32,000 nucleotides of DNA from NCBI RefSeq assembly GCF_016592615.1, contig NZ_AP013043.1, forward strand, positions 1,170,001 to 1,202,000, read 5' to 3'. Source of the stretch: Isorropodon fossajaponicum endosymbiont JTNG4 (GTDB lineage Bacteria; Pseudomonadota; Gammaproteobacteria; PS1; Pseudothioglobaceae). The notes beneath the pieces are model-generated. The model was not told where the DNA came from. It did not search any database and saw only the letters and a list, made by a program, of their open reading frames with translations. Positions within the stretch are counted from its first letter, which is position 1. The number at the start of each line of letters is the position of its first letter. Made by a program: the position numbers and the translations under genes. This document shows, piece after piece, positions 17,440-27,671 of the stretch.

Positions 17440-18168
17440 ATGATTAAATTAATCAAACAAACTGCTATTGAAGTTGGATACACCTATGGCAAACGCAGAA
17501 TGCGAGTAGTTTTGAATAACCAAGGTTATAACATTGGTATTTACCAAACTGCAACGCTAATGAAAAAAGCCAATGTAGTTGCCATACGCCCAAGAAAGCG
17601 TCATTATTACCCTAATACTAGATTGATGTTTAAAAAGGCAAAAAACCTATTAAATCGTGTGTTTGAGCAGCAATCAATTAATACGCATTGGGTTGGTGAT
17701 ATTACCTATATCAAAACCTATCAAGGTGGGAGTTATTTAGCCAGTGTGTTGGATTTAGGCTCAAGACAAGTTGTTGGTTGGGCATTGTCAAAACAGCCTA
17801 ATGCTCAGTTGGCAAAGGATGCGCTTAGTAATGCTGTGTCTAGACACCAGCCCAATACAAATAAACACATGTTTCACTCTGATCAAGGGACTCAATACTC
17901 TTCTAAAGTTTTTATTGATTATTGCAACAAGAACAACATTACTCAAAGCATGAGCAGGCGAGGTAATTGTTGGGATAATGCGGTCATGGAGCGTTTCTTT
18001 AGAAGTCTGAAGACTGAGAGATTAAATTATCAAAGTTTTGCAAATCATAGTGAAGTCGTGCAAAATGTAGAGGGTTATATCTACTTGTATAATTACAAAA
18101 GGATTCATTCAGCGATTGGGTATTTAACACCTGCTCAAAAGATGGCTGAATTGAAAAAAGCGGCTTGA
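17440..18168 (+). CDS. IS3-family OrfB (DDE transposase catalytic domain)
   Basis: The 242-aa translation is identical to copy 2. In-frame TGA upstream at 17362-17364. Confidence 0.85.
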   Translation: MIKLIKQTAIEVGYTYGKRRMRVVLNNQGYNIGIYQTATLMKKANVVAIRPRKRHYYPNTRLMFKKAKNLLNRVFEQQSINTHWVGDITYIKTYQGGSYLASVLDLGSRQVVGWALSKQPNAQLAKDALSNAVSRHQPNTNKHMFHSDQGTQYSSKVFIDYCNKNNITQSMSRRGNCWDNAVMERFFRSLKTERLNYQSFANHSEVVQNVEGYIYLYNYKRIHSAIGYLTPAQKMAELKKAA

Positions 18169-18197
18169 AATGTGTCCAAGTAGGTTAGAGCATTGCA

Positions 18198-19249
18198 CAC
18201 TCACCGAAACCTATGCCAAACTTGCCAAACAGCAAACCGATATGCTTGGTAAAGTTATGAATGAGTTAGAAGTTCAAAGAACCGCCTAAAGTGAGTTACA
18301 AACTGCTCTTGACAACCGTCTTAACGACACCACTCAAGTCAACCGAGCTTTGATGCTAATGCTAAGCCCAAAGGTATTCTGTATGGCAATGGTATTTTAA
18401 CCAGAACTGAACTTAGCCCCCCACAACCGTGCCATCACTTCAATCAAAATCGGCAAAGGCTCTGAACTCATTAGCGACATCAACTATACTTATGATGAAT
18501 ATAACAACGTCAGCACCATGAGCAATGCCATTACCAATGAGGATTATACTTATCAATAGACACCCAAGACAGAGTCACAAACTGGTTTTATAGCAACGAC
18601 AGCCTTAACACCCAAAAAGACTGTCATTACAACACAAGTAACAACCTAAGCTATAAAACCACCACTGGCAATATAGTCTATAACGATGCCAATCAACTCA
18701 TTAGCCGTATGGATGACAACAACAACCTGTATCAATACTTCTATGACGCCAACGGCAACCAAACGCACAACCAATGCCAGAGACATTGAATACACCGCTT
18801 TTAGCAAAACCAAAAAGTTAATGACACAAACAGCAAACAGCACCCAAACCAATGAAATCACTTATGACGCTAACAACAACCGCATCATCCAAAAAGCTTA
18901 CTATGATACGAGTACTAGCACCAACCCAAGTAAGGTAACGTACCACATTAACAAAGGCTATGAGTTAATTCAAACCACAGATGAGCACAGCAATCAAATC
19001 ACCATCCACAGACATCATTTGTATGCAGACGGTAAGAGGTCGTTGTTACTTATGATAAAACAATCGTTAACGGCAAAAAAGCCGTAGACCAAGCAGGCTA
19101 TCTGCACACCTGATGCGCTAGGCAACATAACCGCAGTTACAGACAATGATGGCAACCTCAAACTCTTCAGACAATCAGAAGCCTTCACCCCATTTGGTGA
19201 ACACATCACCCAAGGATTGAGCCCAAGCACTAGTACAGGACACTTTTAA
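18198..19249 (+). pseudogene. RHS/YD-repeat protein remnant, 5'-truncated by the IS, with many frame breaks and no C-terminal toxin domain
   Basis: YD-repeat units occur in several frames: INYTYDEYNNVSTM, YQYFYDANGNQT, ITYDANNNRI. The RHS core signature YLHT/DALGNITAVTDNDGNLKLFRQSEAFTPFGE is split by a frameshift near 19110. Confidence 0.75.
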
Positions 19250-19291
19250 AAGAGTGACCTTAGAGGTACAAAAAAATAACTATCGCCTTAA

Positions 19292-20233
19292 CTAAAACAA
19301 CGATTCACCATAACTATCTTGATAGCGATTTTCAATATCAGCCATGTCAAACTCATGGTTTTGCGTACCTAGATACGTCACCTTAATAGCGCCCAATAGT
19401 CCTGCTAATTGGCCAATCGTTTTCCAATCCATATCATGCATTAAGCCATACAACAACCCAGCACGATAAGCATCACCACAACCTGTAGGATCTTGCTCAA
19501 TACCTGCCTTAACAGGGGCAATATTGATTAATTTGCCATCGGTATGAATTTCTGAACCATCGCTACCTTTGGTAATAATCAAAGCATCAACTTTGGCAGC
19601 GATGGTTGACAAGTCTAGCCCAGTTTTAGCTTGTAACATTTGTGATTCATAGTCATTGACTGCTATATAAGTAGCTTGCTCAATAAAGTTAACTAACTCT
19701 TCGCCTGAAAACATTGGTATACCCTGACCTGGATCAAAAATAAATGGAATTTTTAATTGTTTAAATTGTGTCGCATGCTCAATCATGCCAACACGTCCAT
19801 CAGGAGACACGATGCCAATATCAACCGCACTGGCATCAGATACCTTATTTTGATGCGATTGATCCATCGCACCAGGATGAAAAGCAGTAATTTGATTATC
19901 ACTCATATCAGTGGTGATAAATGCTTGCCCTGTATATTGATCTTTGAGAATTTTGATATATGATGTGTTCATATGATGCTTTTCCATCCACGCTAAATAG
20001 GGCGTGAAATCACTGCCTACTGTTGCCATTGGCACTGAATTGGCACCCAATAAATGCAAATTATAAGCAATGTTGCCAGCACAACCACCAAACTCTTTGC
20101 GCATGGTTGGTACTAAAAATGACACATTGAGCATATGCACCTTGTCGGGCAAAATGTGGTTTTTAAAATGGTCATGAAACACCATGATGCTATCAAAAGC
20201 GTACGAACCACAAATTAATGCTGTTTTTTTCAT
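19292..20233 (-). CDS. PfkB-family carbohydrate/nucleoside kinase (adenosine-kinase-like)
   Basis: 313 aa with the C-terminal PfkB signature DPTGCGDAYRAG. Substrate not assignable from sequence. Confidence 0.8.
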   Translation of the reverse strand: MKKTALICGSYAFDSIMVFHDHFKNHILPDKVHMLNVSFLVPTMRKEFGGCAGNIAYNLHLLGANSVPMATVGSDFTPYLAWMEKHHMNTSYIKILKDQYTGQAFITTDMSDNQITAFHPGAMDQSHQNKVSDASAVDIGIVSPDGRVGMIEHATQFKQLKIPFIFDPGQGIPMFSGEELVNFIEQATYIAVNDYESQMLQAKTGLDLSTIAAKVDALIITKGSDGSEIHTDGKLINIAPVKAGIEQDPTGCGDAYRAGLLYGLMHDMDWKTIGQLAGLLGAIKVTYLGTQNHEFDMADIENRYQDSYGESLF

Positions 20234-20298
20234 TTTATTTTTAATAAAAGGTGAGTGTCTTTGTCCAGACTTAGCTTGCTTATTAAAAATAAAATATC

Positions 20299-21225
20299 CT
20301 ATCTTAATTCTTTTGGTACTGGAAAGTGAATATTCTCCTTCGCACCATTCACCTCAATAACTTTAGTAACGCCCTTATCACGCAAATAATGAATGACCTC
20401 TTGAACCAAAACTTCTGGTGCTGAAGCGCCTGCGGTGACACCTATTGTGTCCACACCTTTAAGCCACAACTCGTCAATTTCATCAGCGTTATCAATTAGA
20501 TAGGCGGGAATGCCCATTTTTTCCGCAGTTTCTCTAAGACGATTTGAATTAGATGAATTGCTAGAACCTAATACCAACAATACATCAGAAGATTGCATCA
20601 AAATTTTAACGCCATCTTGGCGATTTTGTGTAGCATAGCAAATATCATCTTTTTTAGGTGCATCAATAGTGGGAAATTTTGATTTTAAATAATCCACAAT
20701 ATATTGAGTGTCGTCAATCGACAATGTGGTTTGTGTTGTATAAGAAATAGGGGTGTTTTTTGATAAATTCAAGCGTTCAACATCCTCAATTGTTTCCACT
20801 AATTGAACATGCCCACCCTCATTAGACTGCCCTAACGTGCCTTCAACCTCTGGATGCCCTTTATGGCCAATTAAAATAACTTGATGATTTTGTTTTTGTT
20901 TCCTGGTCACTTCTTTATGCACCTTAGTCACCAAAGGACAAGTGGCATCATAAATAGTTGCGTCTATATCCTGAGTCTGCTTACGTACTGCCATTGACAC
21001 GCCATGTGCACTAAAAATAACCACTTGGTCATTAGGCACACCAGCAATATCTTCAACAAAAACAGCACCTTTAGCCTTTAGCCCATCAACTACAAATTTA
21101 TTATGCACTACTTCATGACGAACATAGACAGGTGCACCATGCAATTTTAATGCACGCTCCACAATTTCAATTGCACGGTCAACACCAGCACAGAAGCCAC
21201 GTGGATTTGCCAATAAAACTTTCAC
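20299..21225 (-). CDS. ispH: 4-hydroxy-3-methylbut-2-enyl diphosphate reductase
   Basis: [19 protein letters not shown] start and conserved Cys at CAG / ATCPLV / ICYAT. Confidence 0.95.
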   Translation of the reverse strand: MKVLLANPRGFCAGVDRAIEIVERALKLHGAPVYVRHEVVHNKFVVDGLKAKGAVFVEDIAGVPNDQVVIFSAHGVSMAVRKQTQDIDATIYDATCPLVTKVHKEVTRKQKQNHQVILIGHKGHPEVEGTLGQSNEGGHVQLVETIEDVERLNLSKNTPISYTTQTTLSIDDTQYIVDYLKSKFPTIDAPKKDDICYATQNRQDGVKILMQSSDVLLVLGSSNSSNSNRLRETAEKMGIPAYLIDNADEIDELWLKGVDTIGVTAGASAPEVLVQEVIHYLRDKGVTKVIEVNGAKENIHFPVPKELR

Positions 21226-21629
21226 TGTTTTTGAAGGATCTTTACCTGAAAAGAGACATCGCTACCTGCCAGTGGGTGATTAAAATTAACGGTAATATCA
21301 TCTCCCTTGATTTTATCAATACAACCCACGTAAGAATCCCCTATAGGTGTTTTAAACTCAACAACGGCATCTAACTCAATTGCTATGGTTTGTGGAAAAT
21401 CTGAACGCTTCATAATTTGAAAGGCTTCTTCTGTTTCATTTCCAAATGCCTCTGACGTACTTAAAAGAAAGGCTTGCAATTGACCCACTTGAGCATCAAT
21501 AATGCAGGACTCTAAGCACGAATCTAGCTGACCATCCCCCAATTCAAACTCAAGTGGCTCATCCCAAGACTCATCAACCAAAGCACCATTTACATGGCTA
21601 AGCTTGTAGAGGATTTTGTATTTAGCCAT
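21222..21629 (-). CDS. fkpB: FKBP-type peptidyl-prolyl cis-trans isomerase (SlpA/FkpB-like)
   Basis: [21 protein letters not shown] matches the FkpB C-terminus. It sits directly upstream of ispH, as in E. coli. Confidence 0.8.
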   Translation of the reverse strand: MAKYKILYKLSHVNGALVDESWDEPLEFELGDGQLDSCLESCIIDAQVGQLQAFLLSTSEAFGNETEEAFQIMKRSDFPQTIAIELDAVVEFKTPIGDSYVGCIDKIKGDDITVNFNHPLAGSDVSFQVKILQKQ

Positions 21630-22470
21630 TATTAAAGGTCATGGCACTTAATATCTTATGTACTTGAGTGCGCAACTCAGACCGGTGCACAATCATATCA
21701 ATCGCACCTTTTTCTAACAAAAACTCACTACGCTGAAAACCTTCTGGTAATGATTCTCGCACGGTTTGTTCAACCACTCTAGGGCCAGCAAAACCAATCA
21801 ACGCATTTGGCTCAGCAATATGAACATCGCCTAACATGGCAAAACTAGCAGAAACACCGCCCATGGTTGGGTCGGTTAAAATCGAAATAAAAGGTACTTT
21901 TTTATCACTCAGCAACTTAATCATTAAAGCTGTTTTGCTCATTTGCATCAGTGAGAACAAACCTTCTTGCATGCGCGCACCCCCTGAGGCTGAAAAGCAA
22001 ATCAGTGGTGCGTTGGTTTCAATGCTTATTTTTGCAGCGCGAACAAACTTCTCGCCAACTACAGAACCCATAGAGCCGCCCATAAATTTAAATTCAAAAG
22101 CGGCAATCACGACTTTTATGCCGTTAAGCGTGCCTGTTTTAACCACAAGTGCATCTTTTTCATGGGTGGTTTTTTGTGCTTGTAAACAACGGTCTTTGTA
22201 TTTTTTTTGGTCTTTAAATTTTAAAGGGTCAACTGAGTTCAAATCAGCAGCAATTTCTTCTTGCCCCTGCTTGTCTAAAAAACCATCAATACGTGCCCTA
22301 GCAGTAAGGCGCATGTGATAATCACACTTAGGACAAACATAATTCAACGTCTTTAACTCTTCTGAATAAAGCGTGGTTTCACACTTAGGGCACTTACTCC
22401 ATAAACCTTCTGGAATATTTTTCTTTGCTACACTGGTAATAGAGGGTAAGATTTTTTCTAACCAACTCAT
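21622..22470 (-). CDS. accD: Acetyl-CoA carboxylase carboxyltransferase subunit beta
   Basis: N-terminal zinc ribbon CPKC...CPKC and a carboxyltransferase domain. Confidence 0.95.
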   Translation of the reverse strand: MSWLEKILPSITSVAKKNIPEGLWSKCPKCETTLYSEELKTLNYVCPKCDYHMRLTARARIDGFLDKQGQEEIAADLNSVDPLKFKDQKKYKDRCLQAQKTTHEKDALVVKTGTLNGIKVVIAAFEFKFMGGSMGSVVGEKFVRAAKISIETNAPLICFSASGGARMQEGLFSLMQMSKTALMIKLLSDKKVPFISILTDPTMGGVSASFAMLGDVHIAEPNALIGFAGPRVVEQTVRESLPEGFQRSEFLLEKGAIDMIVHRSELRTQVHKILSAMTFNNG

Positions 22471-22490
22471 ACGCTTTTCCCTTATTTTAA

Positions 22491-23288
22491 TTATTTAATT
22501 GCAGTAGAAATTTCATCTGCCAAGTGCCCAACACTTGCTAACATTTTATCCCTATCATTTGCATATTGTTCAATAAATGCAACCAGTGATGAGCCTACAA
22601 TAACTGCATCTGCATACTCAGACACTGCCTTTGCACTTTTAGCATCTTTAATACCAAAACCCACCCCAATAGGTAAATCAACCATTTGACGAATTCTTAA
22701 AAGATGCGTTTTAACCAAATCAACATCCAAATGCCCCGCACCCGTTACCCCTTTAAGGGCGACAAAATAAATAAAACCTGAAGCAATGGTGGCTAAAAAT
22801 ACTAAGCGCTCATCCGTTGTTGTTGGTGCAACCAAAAAGATAAAGTCAATGTTAACATCATCAAGGCTTTGCTTTAAATCATGCGCCTCTTCCGGTGGCA
22901 TGTCTACCACTAACACACCATCAACACCGCTTTCACTAGCAGCATTAGCAAAGGCCTGATAGCCAAAAACCTCAATCGGATTAAGATAGCCCATTAGCAC
23001 AATGGCGGTTGTATCGTTGCCTTGTCTAAACTTTTCAACTAGACTTAGCACGTCACGTAAACTCACCCCATCTGCCACCGCTCGTTCATACGACTTAGCA
23101 ATGGTAGGACCATCAGCCATCGGATCTGAAAACGGCACACCCAACTCAATCACATCTGCACCATTTTTGACCAAAACTTGCATCAATTCAAGGGTATTAT
23201 CAAGCCCGTTATCCCCTGCAGTGATAAAGGGTATAAATGCTTTTTTACCAACAGTAAGTTGGGTAAAAATTGTACTTAATCTTGACAT
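22491..23288 (-). CDS. trpA: Tryptophan synthase alpha chain
   Basis: 265 aa with FIPFITAGD and [16 protein letters not shown] motifs. Confidence 0.95.
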   Translation of the reverse strand: MSRLSTIFTQLTVGKKAFIPFITAGDNGLDNTLELMQVLVKNGADVIELGVPFSDPMADGPTIAKSYERAVADGVSLRDVLSLVEKFRQGNDTTAIVLMGYLNPIEVFGYQAFANAASESGVDGVLVVDMPPEEAHDLKQSLDDVNIDFIFLVAPTTTDERLVFLATIASGFIYFVALKGVTGAGHLDVDLVKTHLLRIRQMVDLPIGVGFGIKDAKSAKAVSEYADAVIVGSSLVAFIEQYANDRDKMLASVGHLADEISTAIK

Positions 23289-23294
23289 TATGCG

Positions 23295-24338
23295 TTATCT
23301 TTTGCTAAATTCATGCACAGCATCTACCAGAACTTTCATGTGCTCAGGATTGACATCAGGAGAGATACCATGACCTAGGTTAAATACGTGGCCTGTATCA
23401 CCTTGAAATTGTGATAAGATTTTTTTAACTTCTTTACGTATTTTTTCAGGTGATGCGTATAAAACACAAGGATCTAAATTACCCTGAAGTGCCACCTTAG
23501 TGCCAATACGCTGTTGTGCATTATTTAACTCCACTGTCCAGTCCAATGCCACACCATCACAACCACTGTTTGCAATCTGCTCTAGCCACATGGCACCACC
23601 TTTAGTAAACAAGGTGACTGGAATGGTTTTACCGTTAAATTCACGCTTGATGCCATTAACGATTTTGGTCATATATTGAAGTGAAAAATCTTCATAGCTT
23701 TGTTTATTCAACAAACCACCCCAAGTATCAAAAATCATCACCGAATCCGCACCTGCTTGAATTTGACCATTCAAATAATCAATTATTGTGTCTACTAATT
23801 TGTCTAATAATTGGTGCATGTGTACGGGGTTTTCATACATCAGCCCTTTAACTTTGGCAAAGTTCTTGCTTGAACCACCTTCAACCATATACGTGGCTAA
23901 TGTCCATGGGCTACCTGTAAAGCCAATTAATGGCACCTTGTTATTTAAATCTTTCTTAATCACTGATACGGCGTCAGTGACATAAGACAACTCATTACCC
24001 ACATCGGGCTTTTTTAATTGCTCAATGGAGGCTAATGTATTAAGTGGTTTTGAAAATTTAGGACCTTCGTCTTCTGAAAAATACAAGCCCAAATCCATTG
24101 CATCAGGAATGGTTAAAATATCTGAGAACAAAATGGCTGCATCTAAATCAAAACGATTAATGGGCTGCATGGTGACTTCACATGCCAGTTCAGGTGATTT
24201 ACACAGGGTTAAGAAATCACCTGCTTTTGCACGCGTTGCTCGATATTCTGGTAAATAACGACCTGCTTGGCGCATCACCCAAATAGGTGTGCGTGAGGTG
24301 GGTTTTTTCAATAAGGCATTAATATAATTAAATGACAT
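23295..24338 (-). CDS. hemE: Uroporphyrinogen decarboxylase
   Basis: [16 protein letters not shown] signature. 347 aa. Confidence 0.95.
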   Translation of the reverse strand: MSFNYINALLKKPTSRTPIWVMRQAGRYLPEYRATRAKAGDFLTLCKSPELACEVTMQPINRFDLDAAILFSDILTIPDAMDLGLYFSEDEGPKFSKPLNTLASIEQLKKPDVGNELSYVTDAVSVIKKDLNNKVPLIGFTGSPWTLATYMVEGGSSKNFAKVKGLMYENPVHMHQLLDKLVDTIIDYLNGQIQAGADSVMIFDTWGGLLNKQSYEDFSLQYMTKIVNGIKREFNGKTIPVTLFTKGGAMWLEQIANSGCDGVALDWTVELNNAQQRIGTKVALQGNLDPCVLYASPEKIRKEVKKILSQFQGDTGHVFNLGHGISPDVNPEHMKVLVDAVHEFSKR

Positions 24339-24410
24339 GGGCTTTTAATATAAAAAGTAATCATTATAATTATAATGATTTTGTTCGTATATCTTTACCA
24401 ATCAGGCATA

Positions 24411-24446
24411 AAAAAGCCGCTAACGCTAAAGTGGCTTTTTTTATTG
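24411..24446 (-). terminator. Probable intrinsic terminator downstream of rpmE
   Basis: aaaaagccgc (24411-24420) pairs with gtggcttttt (24431-24440) across a 10-nt loop. A/T runs flank both sides. On the minus-strand RNA there is one mismatch, followed by a U-run. Confidence 0.45.
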
Positions 24447-24458
24447 AATTTTGTACCC

Positions 24459-24671
24459 TTACCTCTTAAAATTGGCATAACGTGATTTAAACCTCTCAAC
24501 ACGACCAGCACTGTCCATAATCTTTTGTTTGCCTGTATAAAAAGGATGGCAACTAGAACATACATCTAAGTGCAATTCTTCTTTGTCAACGGTTGAGCGT
24601 GTTTCAAAGGTATTGCCACATGAGCAAACTACTTTAACGTCATTGTAATTAGGATGAATACCTGTTTTCAT
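24459..24671 (-). CDS. rpmE: 50S ribosomal protein L31 (zinc-binding type)
   Basis: MKTGIHPNY start, CSCG...[10 protein letters not shown]. Confidence 0.95.
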   Translation of the reverse strand: MKTGIHPNYNDVKVVCSCGNTFETRSTVDKEELHLDVCSSCHPFYTGKQKIMDSAGRVERFKSRYANFKR

Positions 24672-24745
24672 GTTATCTGGATTTATTATAAAATCGTAAA
24701 AGAGGATAAATTATATACTATTTGATACTTATGCGTATGCTGTTT

Positions 24746-27148
24746 TTACTTGTTTCTTAGACGCGCAGCATTGCCAATCACAATTAATGAACTAATCGGC
24801 ATAACAATGGCTGCAAATAGTGGTGTAACCTTTGCCATCATCGCCAGTGGCACCATAAAAGCATTGTATAGTAGCGCAAAAGTGATATTTTGTTTAATGG
24901 TGCTGTTGGTATGCTTTGCTAAATTAATCAGCTCAATAATTGGACTAAGCGTGGATTTTAAAATAACCAAATCTGCACTATTAACCGACACATCACTGCC
25001 TGAGCCAATCGCAATACTGGTATCAGCTTGCACCAAGGCAGGTGCATCATTCACACCATCGCCCACCATAAGCACTGTATGGTTTTGCTGTAATTGTTTT
25101 ATATAATCAGCCTTATCTTTTGGCAAAGCATGCGCAATTACATGTTCAATCCCCAGTTTTGAGGCAACCGTTTGGGTGACTACTTCACTATCACCACTTA
25201 ATATGCTCACTTGCTTACCCATGGATTTAAGCCGATCAACAACCTTAGTAGCATCTAATTTAATTTGATCTTTTAAAGCAATAAAACCCAGCACACTAGA
25301 TTTGTTAGCACACCAAATACAGCTCGCACCTTGTTGCTCTAATAGCCTGGATTTATTTAACAAATCAGCATCCACTTGATGCTTGATATCCACATAAGAC
25401 AAATGACCAATTTTATAACTTTGCTGATTAATAACACCACGCACACCTTGACCATGGTCAGCATAAAACCCACTCACTTCTAAAGCGCTATTGGCCATAT
25501 CAGCGCCAACAATTGCTTTAGCCAAAGGATGTTCAGAATGCCTTTCAATGCTAGCCATGATATTGATAAAATTGGTTTTATCAATCAAGGCTTCAATATG
25601 GCTGATGCTAAATTCGCCTTTGGTGAGTGTGCCAGTTTTATCAAAAACCACCCAGTCTACTTTGTCTAGCACTTCAAGTGCATCACTGTTTTTGATGAGT
25701 ATTTTTTTCTTAATTGCTGCGCCACTTGCAACTGCAATACTCATGGGCGTGGCTAACCCAAATGCACAAGGACAAGTAATAATCAGCACGCTGGTAGCAC
25801 TTAGCAATGCCCAATCAAAACCATATGGATACCAATAAATAAAAGTCGCTATTGCCAAAAAAATGGTCGTACCAACAAAATAGGGAATAATCTTATCAAG
25901 TGTGCAAATAATTGAGTTTTTGTTGTATTGCGTATTCTCAACTAAGCTAACAATTTGCCCTAAAGCCGAATTCTTTAAGGTTTTTGTCACTTTAATCATA
26001 AGACTACCACTGGTATTAACCGAGCCAGCAAATACCTCATCACCAGATTGCTTCCTAACCAATAAAGACTCTCCTGTTAATAGCGATTCATCCACTTCAC
26101 TATCGCCTGATAAAACAATACCGTCCACTGCTAAACGTTCTGCAGGCCTAATCAACACAGTCCCACCTATTTTAATCGCACCTACTGGTGTAATTTTTTC
26201 CTCGCCTTTGCTAACCACATAGGCAACTTTAGGTTGCAACTGCTGCAAAGCACTAGAGGCTGATAGCGTGGATTTTTTGGCTGAGCTTTCAAGATAACGA
26301 CCAATTAAAATCACAAAGATAAAATTAACCACCGTATCAAAATACACCTCATTTTTAGTAGACAACCCCAATAGCACATACACAGAATAAAAATACGTAC
26401 TCAATGCGCCAATACTAATCGACACATCCATATTCATAAAACGGTTTTTAAGCCCAAAATAAGCATTTTTAAGAAACGGCATGCCCGCATAAAATAAAGT
26501 AGGCGTGGCCAATGCAAAACCCAGCCACTGAAAATAATGATGATATTCCCCATCTGCTGCACCTGTGTACATGGCAACTGAAATCCATAATAAATTCATC
26601 ATTGTAAATGCGCTAAAACTAATACGATAAAGCATGGCTTTATTGGCTTTATTGGCAATAAACTCAGCCATATTCTGCTCGTACGGCATGGCTGCATATC
26701 CAAGATCTGCTAATCTTTTCATAATGACAGACAGTTGAATATCAGCATCAGTCCAACTAAGACGAATGCGCTTATCAGTCAAACTGACTCGCACCCAAAC
26801 AACCCCATCAAGTGCGCCAATTGCTCTTTCAATCAGCCACACACAAGCAGCACAATGAATGGTATCGCTAATTAGGGTGATGGTTTTAGCCCCCTCATCA
26901 GCAGGCTCTAAAAAAGGCTGCTGAAAAGCATCTGCATCATAAAATTCTATTGGATATTCCAAATCAACAGCAGGCAGCAATGAATTGGTTTGTTGATGAT
27001 AAAAAGAACCCAACCCACTCAAATAAATGGTTTGACACACGCTTGCACAACCAACACAACAAAAGTCTTTGTACTCACCTTCAATCGATGCTTGGACTTT
27101 ATTATGACTCGTCACTTCTAATCCACAGTGATAACAGGCATTGCTCAT
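24746..27148 (-). CDS. ccoI: Heavy-metal (copper) translocating P-type ATPase, CcoI/FixI-like
   Basis: N-terminal CYHCG...FCCVGC element, HMA-like CAACVWLIE, and CPC, DKTGTLT and GDGVNDAP motifs. Confidence 0.85.
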   Translation of the reverse strand: MSNACYHCGLEVTSHNKVQASIEGEYKDFCCVGCASVCQTIYLSGLGSFYHQQTNSLLPAVDLEYPIEFYDADAFQQPFLEPADEGAKTITLISDTIHCAACVWLIERAIGALDGVVWVRVSLTDKRIRLSWTDADIQLSVIMKRLADLGYAAMPYEQNMAEFIANKANKAMLYRISFSAFTMMNLLWISVAMYTGAADGEYHHYFQWLGFALATPTLFYAGMPFLKNAYFGLKNRFMNMDVSISIGALSTYFYSVYVLLGLSTKNEVYFDTVVNFIFVILIGRYLESSAKKSTLSASSALQQLQPKVAYVVSKGEEKITPVGAIKIGGTVLIRPAERLAVDGIVLSGDSEVDESLLTGESLLVRKQSGDEVFAGSVNTSGSLMIKVTKTLKNSALGQIVSLVENTQYNKNSIICTLDKIIPYFVGTTIFLAIATFIYWYPYGFDWALLSATSVLIITCPCAFGLATPMSIAVASGAAIKKKILIKNSDALEVLDKVDWVVFDKTGTLTKGEFSISHIEALIDKTNFINIMASIERHSEHPLAKAIVGADMANSALEVSGFYADHGQGVRGVINQQSYKIGHLSYVDIKHQVDADLLNKSRLLEQQGASCIWCANKSSVLGFIALKDQIKLDATKVVDRLKSMGKQVSILSGDSEVVTQTVASKLGIEHVIAHALPKDKADYIKQLQQNHTVLMVGDGVNDAPALVQADTSIAIGSGSDVSVNSADLVILKSTLSPIIELINLAKHTNSTIKQNITFALLYNAFMVPLAMMAKVTPLFAAIVMPISSLIVIGNAARLRNK

Positions 27149-27227
27149 AGTGGTTGATTTTATTGTATTTATGCCTCTAAGCGTTTACAATATCAACCCA
27201 GACTACTTATTAACTTGATACAATTTA

Positions 27228-27671
27228 TGCAACACATAAAAACAACGATTTTTTAATAATGACTAGTCACGCCTCTTGCTTTTTAAACAAACATTTATAT
27301 TCTGCACTTTTCAGACGTATAAATCACATGTTGCACCTATCATTGTGAATAAATTTTCCATAAAACTTGTCACACTACTTGGTTTGTTATTAGTGAGCGC
27401 CCAGAGTATCTCTGAATCGCCAATTCGCCTTTATAAACAATACCTATTGTGCAACACATAAAAACAACGATTTTTTAATAATGACTAGTCACGCCTCTTG
27501 CTTTTTAAACAAACATTTATATTCTGCACTTTTCAGACGTATAAATCACATGTTGCACCTATCATTGTGAATAAATTTTCCATAAAACTTGTCACACTAC
27601 TTGGTTTGTTATTAGTGAGCGCCCAGAGTATCTCTGAATCGCCAATTCGCCTTTATAAACAATACCTAATT
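27228..27671 (+). repeat. Perfect tandem duplication, 2 x 222 bp
   Basis: 27228-27446 is repeated at 27450-27668 with no mismatch that I could see. The track ORFs at 27276 and 27498 start exactly 222 nt apart with identical first 57 residues. Confidence 0.9.
27276..27461 (+). pseudogene. Duplicated 5' fragment of the downstream hypothetical gene, ending in junction-derived LLCNT*
   Basis: Identical to the first 57 codons of 27498-28238. Confidence 0.5.

Larger units (their letters stand above)
16898..18197 (+). mobile_element. IS3-family insertion sequence, copy 3, complete ends (1300 bp)
   Basis: Same 27-bp IRs as copy 2. I saw one difference from copy 2 (A at 17384 versus G at 11582). No flanking direct repeat (left flank ...gaaaac, right flank cactca...). 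Confidence 0.9.

Noticed and set aside
22491-23288. trpA without an adjacent trpB as an anomaly
   Set aside because: trp genes are frequently dispersed, and trpA-accD linkage is common. trpB may simply be elsewhere, so nothing in the sequence indicates a lesion.
27149-27230. Possible FNR/ANR box (TTGAT-N4-ATCAA) upstream of ccoI
   Set aside because: Only half-sites are present (ttgatattgtaaac, ttgatacaat). No full-spacing match was found.
27228-27671. The repeat as a CRISPR array or minisatellite
   Set aside because: There are only two 222-bp units, no spacer structure, and the units contain the 5' end of a gene. It is a simple tandem duplication.
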